DNA of 64,000 nt from Acanthaster planci (Eukaryota). The position numbers were made by a program, and so were the translations under genes. The notes under the pieces were generated by a model. The model worked only from the letters and a program-made list of their open reading frames with translations, ran no database searches and was not told the origin of the DNA. The stretch covers positions 3,512,431-3,576,430 of the forward strand of contig NW_019091359.1 of assembly GCF_001949145.1 (NCBI RefSeq), written 5' to 3'. Of this stretch, positions 62,784 to 64,000 are shown one piece after another (position 1 is the stretch's first letter; every line of letters begins with the position of its first letter).

Positions 62784-64000
62784 GCTTACTATAAATGTGT
62801 AGAGAAAAAAACAAAACACGCGAAATCCCAGCTGCATTTCACGATGCACATCTGTTCAATATATATATACTGTCGAGTTTCATTCACAGACTAGCCTAAC
62901 GTGTCATGAACGTTATGGTAGCGTAGACTTGTTGGTCTGCCCGTATCACTTCACCGCTCTACGCTCGGATGTCAGTTGGCCGGGACAGGTACGGTGGCGA
63001 CTTGGTCAGATATAGGGATGAGATACATCGCAGCGCTACTAAATTTGACCTTTTTATTTCTAGAGTGGGCCAAGCCCAATACAAACTTCTTCCAAAATAT
63101 CGAACTTCGAAATCAGTAGGTTCCCAAAATGTAGGCCTTATTAATGCTCCACCTTGTACTCATAAATATTCATTGTATTTGAATGAAAATCGGATGTTTC
63201 AATTGCCATGGTATGTACAGTGTATATAATAGCCGTTCTTAATTCCTGAAATCTGTGTTCTCAAAACGTATAGAACTTGTTAAAGTGAAACACACAATTC
63301 CACGTATTTTGTGACAGTTTTGGTTATCACGTGTTGAATTATAAATACAGCACTTTGTTGGGCACTGTTAGTTGACTTTACACATATTAATTACTTGTAA
63401 TTGTCCATTCACCAGTTTGGTGAAGTTGTGAATTGTTGGCAATTATGTTAATAAAATTGAATTGCAGAGAATGTACAACAAACCGTGAATTACTGACGTC
63501 GCAGATTAATTATTAGTGTCACAATAATAATGTAAAGACTGATTAATTTTACTGAATTACAAATTCATTTGGGGGACTAAATTCAAGGGATAATTAGATT
63601 TCATGCATTACTAATCGCCAAAAAATAGTCAAATTAAACCTTTTTTGAAGACCAATGATAATTAGTCATCACACCAGCGTAAAGACTAATCGTCTAACTT
63701 TGTGACTAATTAAATATTGGTCAGATTATACCACGAAAAGACCTATTTTTTGTCAAGTGACCATGTAATATTTACTGTGTGTTGCTATTGGTTGGTGTGC
63801 TTTTCATACCTAAAAATTGTTCAACACAAGTAAAATGAATAATAATTTCGTTTTATAAAAAGGAATAATTATGTTAAATCTCATGATACGATCAGGGCTG
63901 TCCGTATTACAAGGTGAATAAGCGTCCGATCACTAGTACTGCTATGCCTACCCGGCCAACGCACTTTGCTGGCCCGTTACAAACAAGAGCACTAAGACCT

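Overview
Eukaryotic (animal) genomic DNA, AT-rich, intron-dense, with frequent TACATGTA motifs. This suggests a marine invertebrate, possibly a lophotrochozoan (inference only). Seven genes lie in strictly alternating orientation. They are the 3' end of an unidentified gene (+, with a probable ~4.3 kb 3' UTR), importin-9 IPO9 (-, 23 coding exons, 1052 aa), ribophorin I RPN1 (+, 11 exons, 603 aa), LSM8 (-, 4 exons, 96 aa), MRPL2 (+, 4 coding exons, 327 aa), MFSD3 (-, 5 coding exons, 427 aa) and, after a ~15 kb repeat-rich spacer, the first coding exon of histidine ammonia-lyase HAL (+). I assembled the exon chains by hand from splice signals, and the five complete genes keep reading frame from ATG to stop. 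Notable observations: (1) LSM8 intron 1 is a minor-spliceosome (U12-type) intron with a GC-rich hairpin nearby. (2) A 53-bp tandem array in IPO9 multiplies an exon's own 5' splice site and is interrupted by a MITE. (3) A hAT-like MITE family has two copies with 8-bp target-site duplications, one with its empty site preserved in a paralogous repeat. (4) Several other MITEs and two decayed LINE fragments are present. Two assembly gaps (18316-18624, 47252-47370) fall in repeats. I found no evidence of a wholly new biological system, and most short ORFs in the supplied track are intronic or UTR noise.
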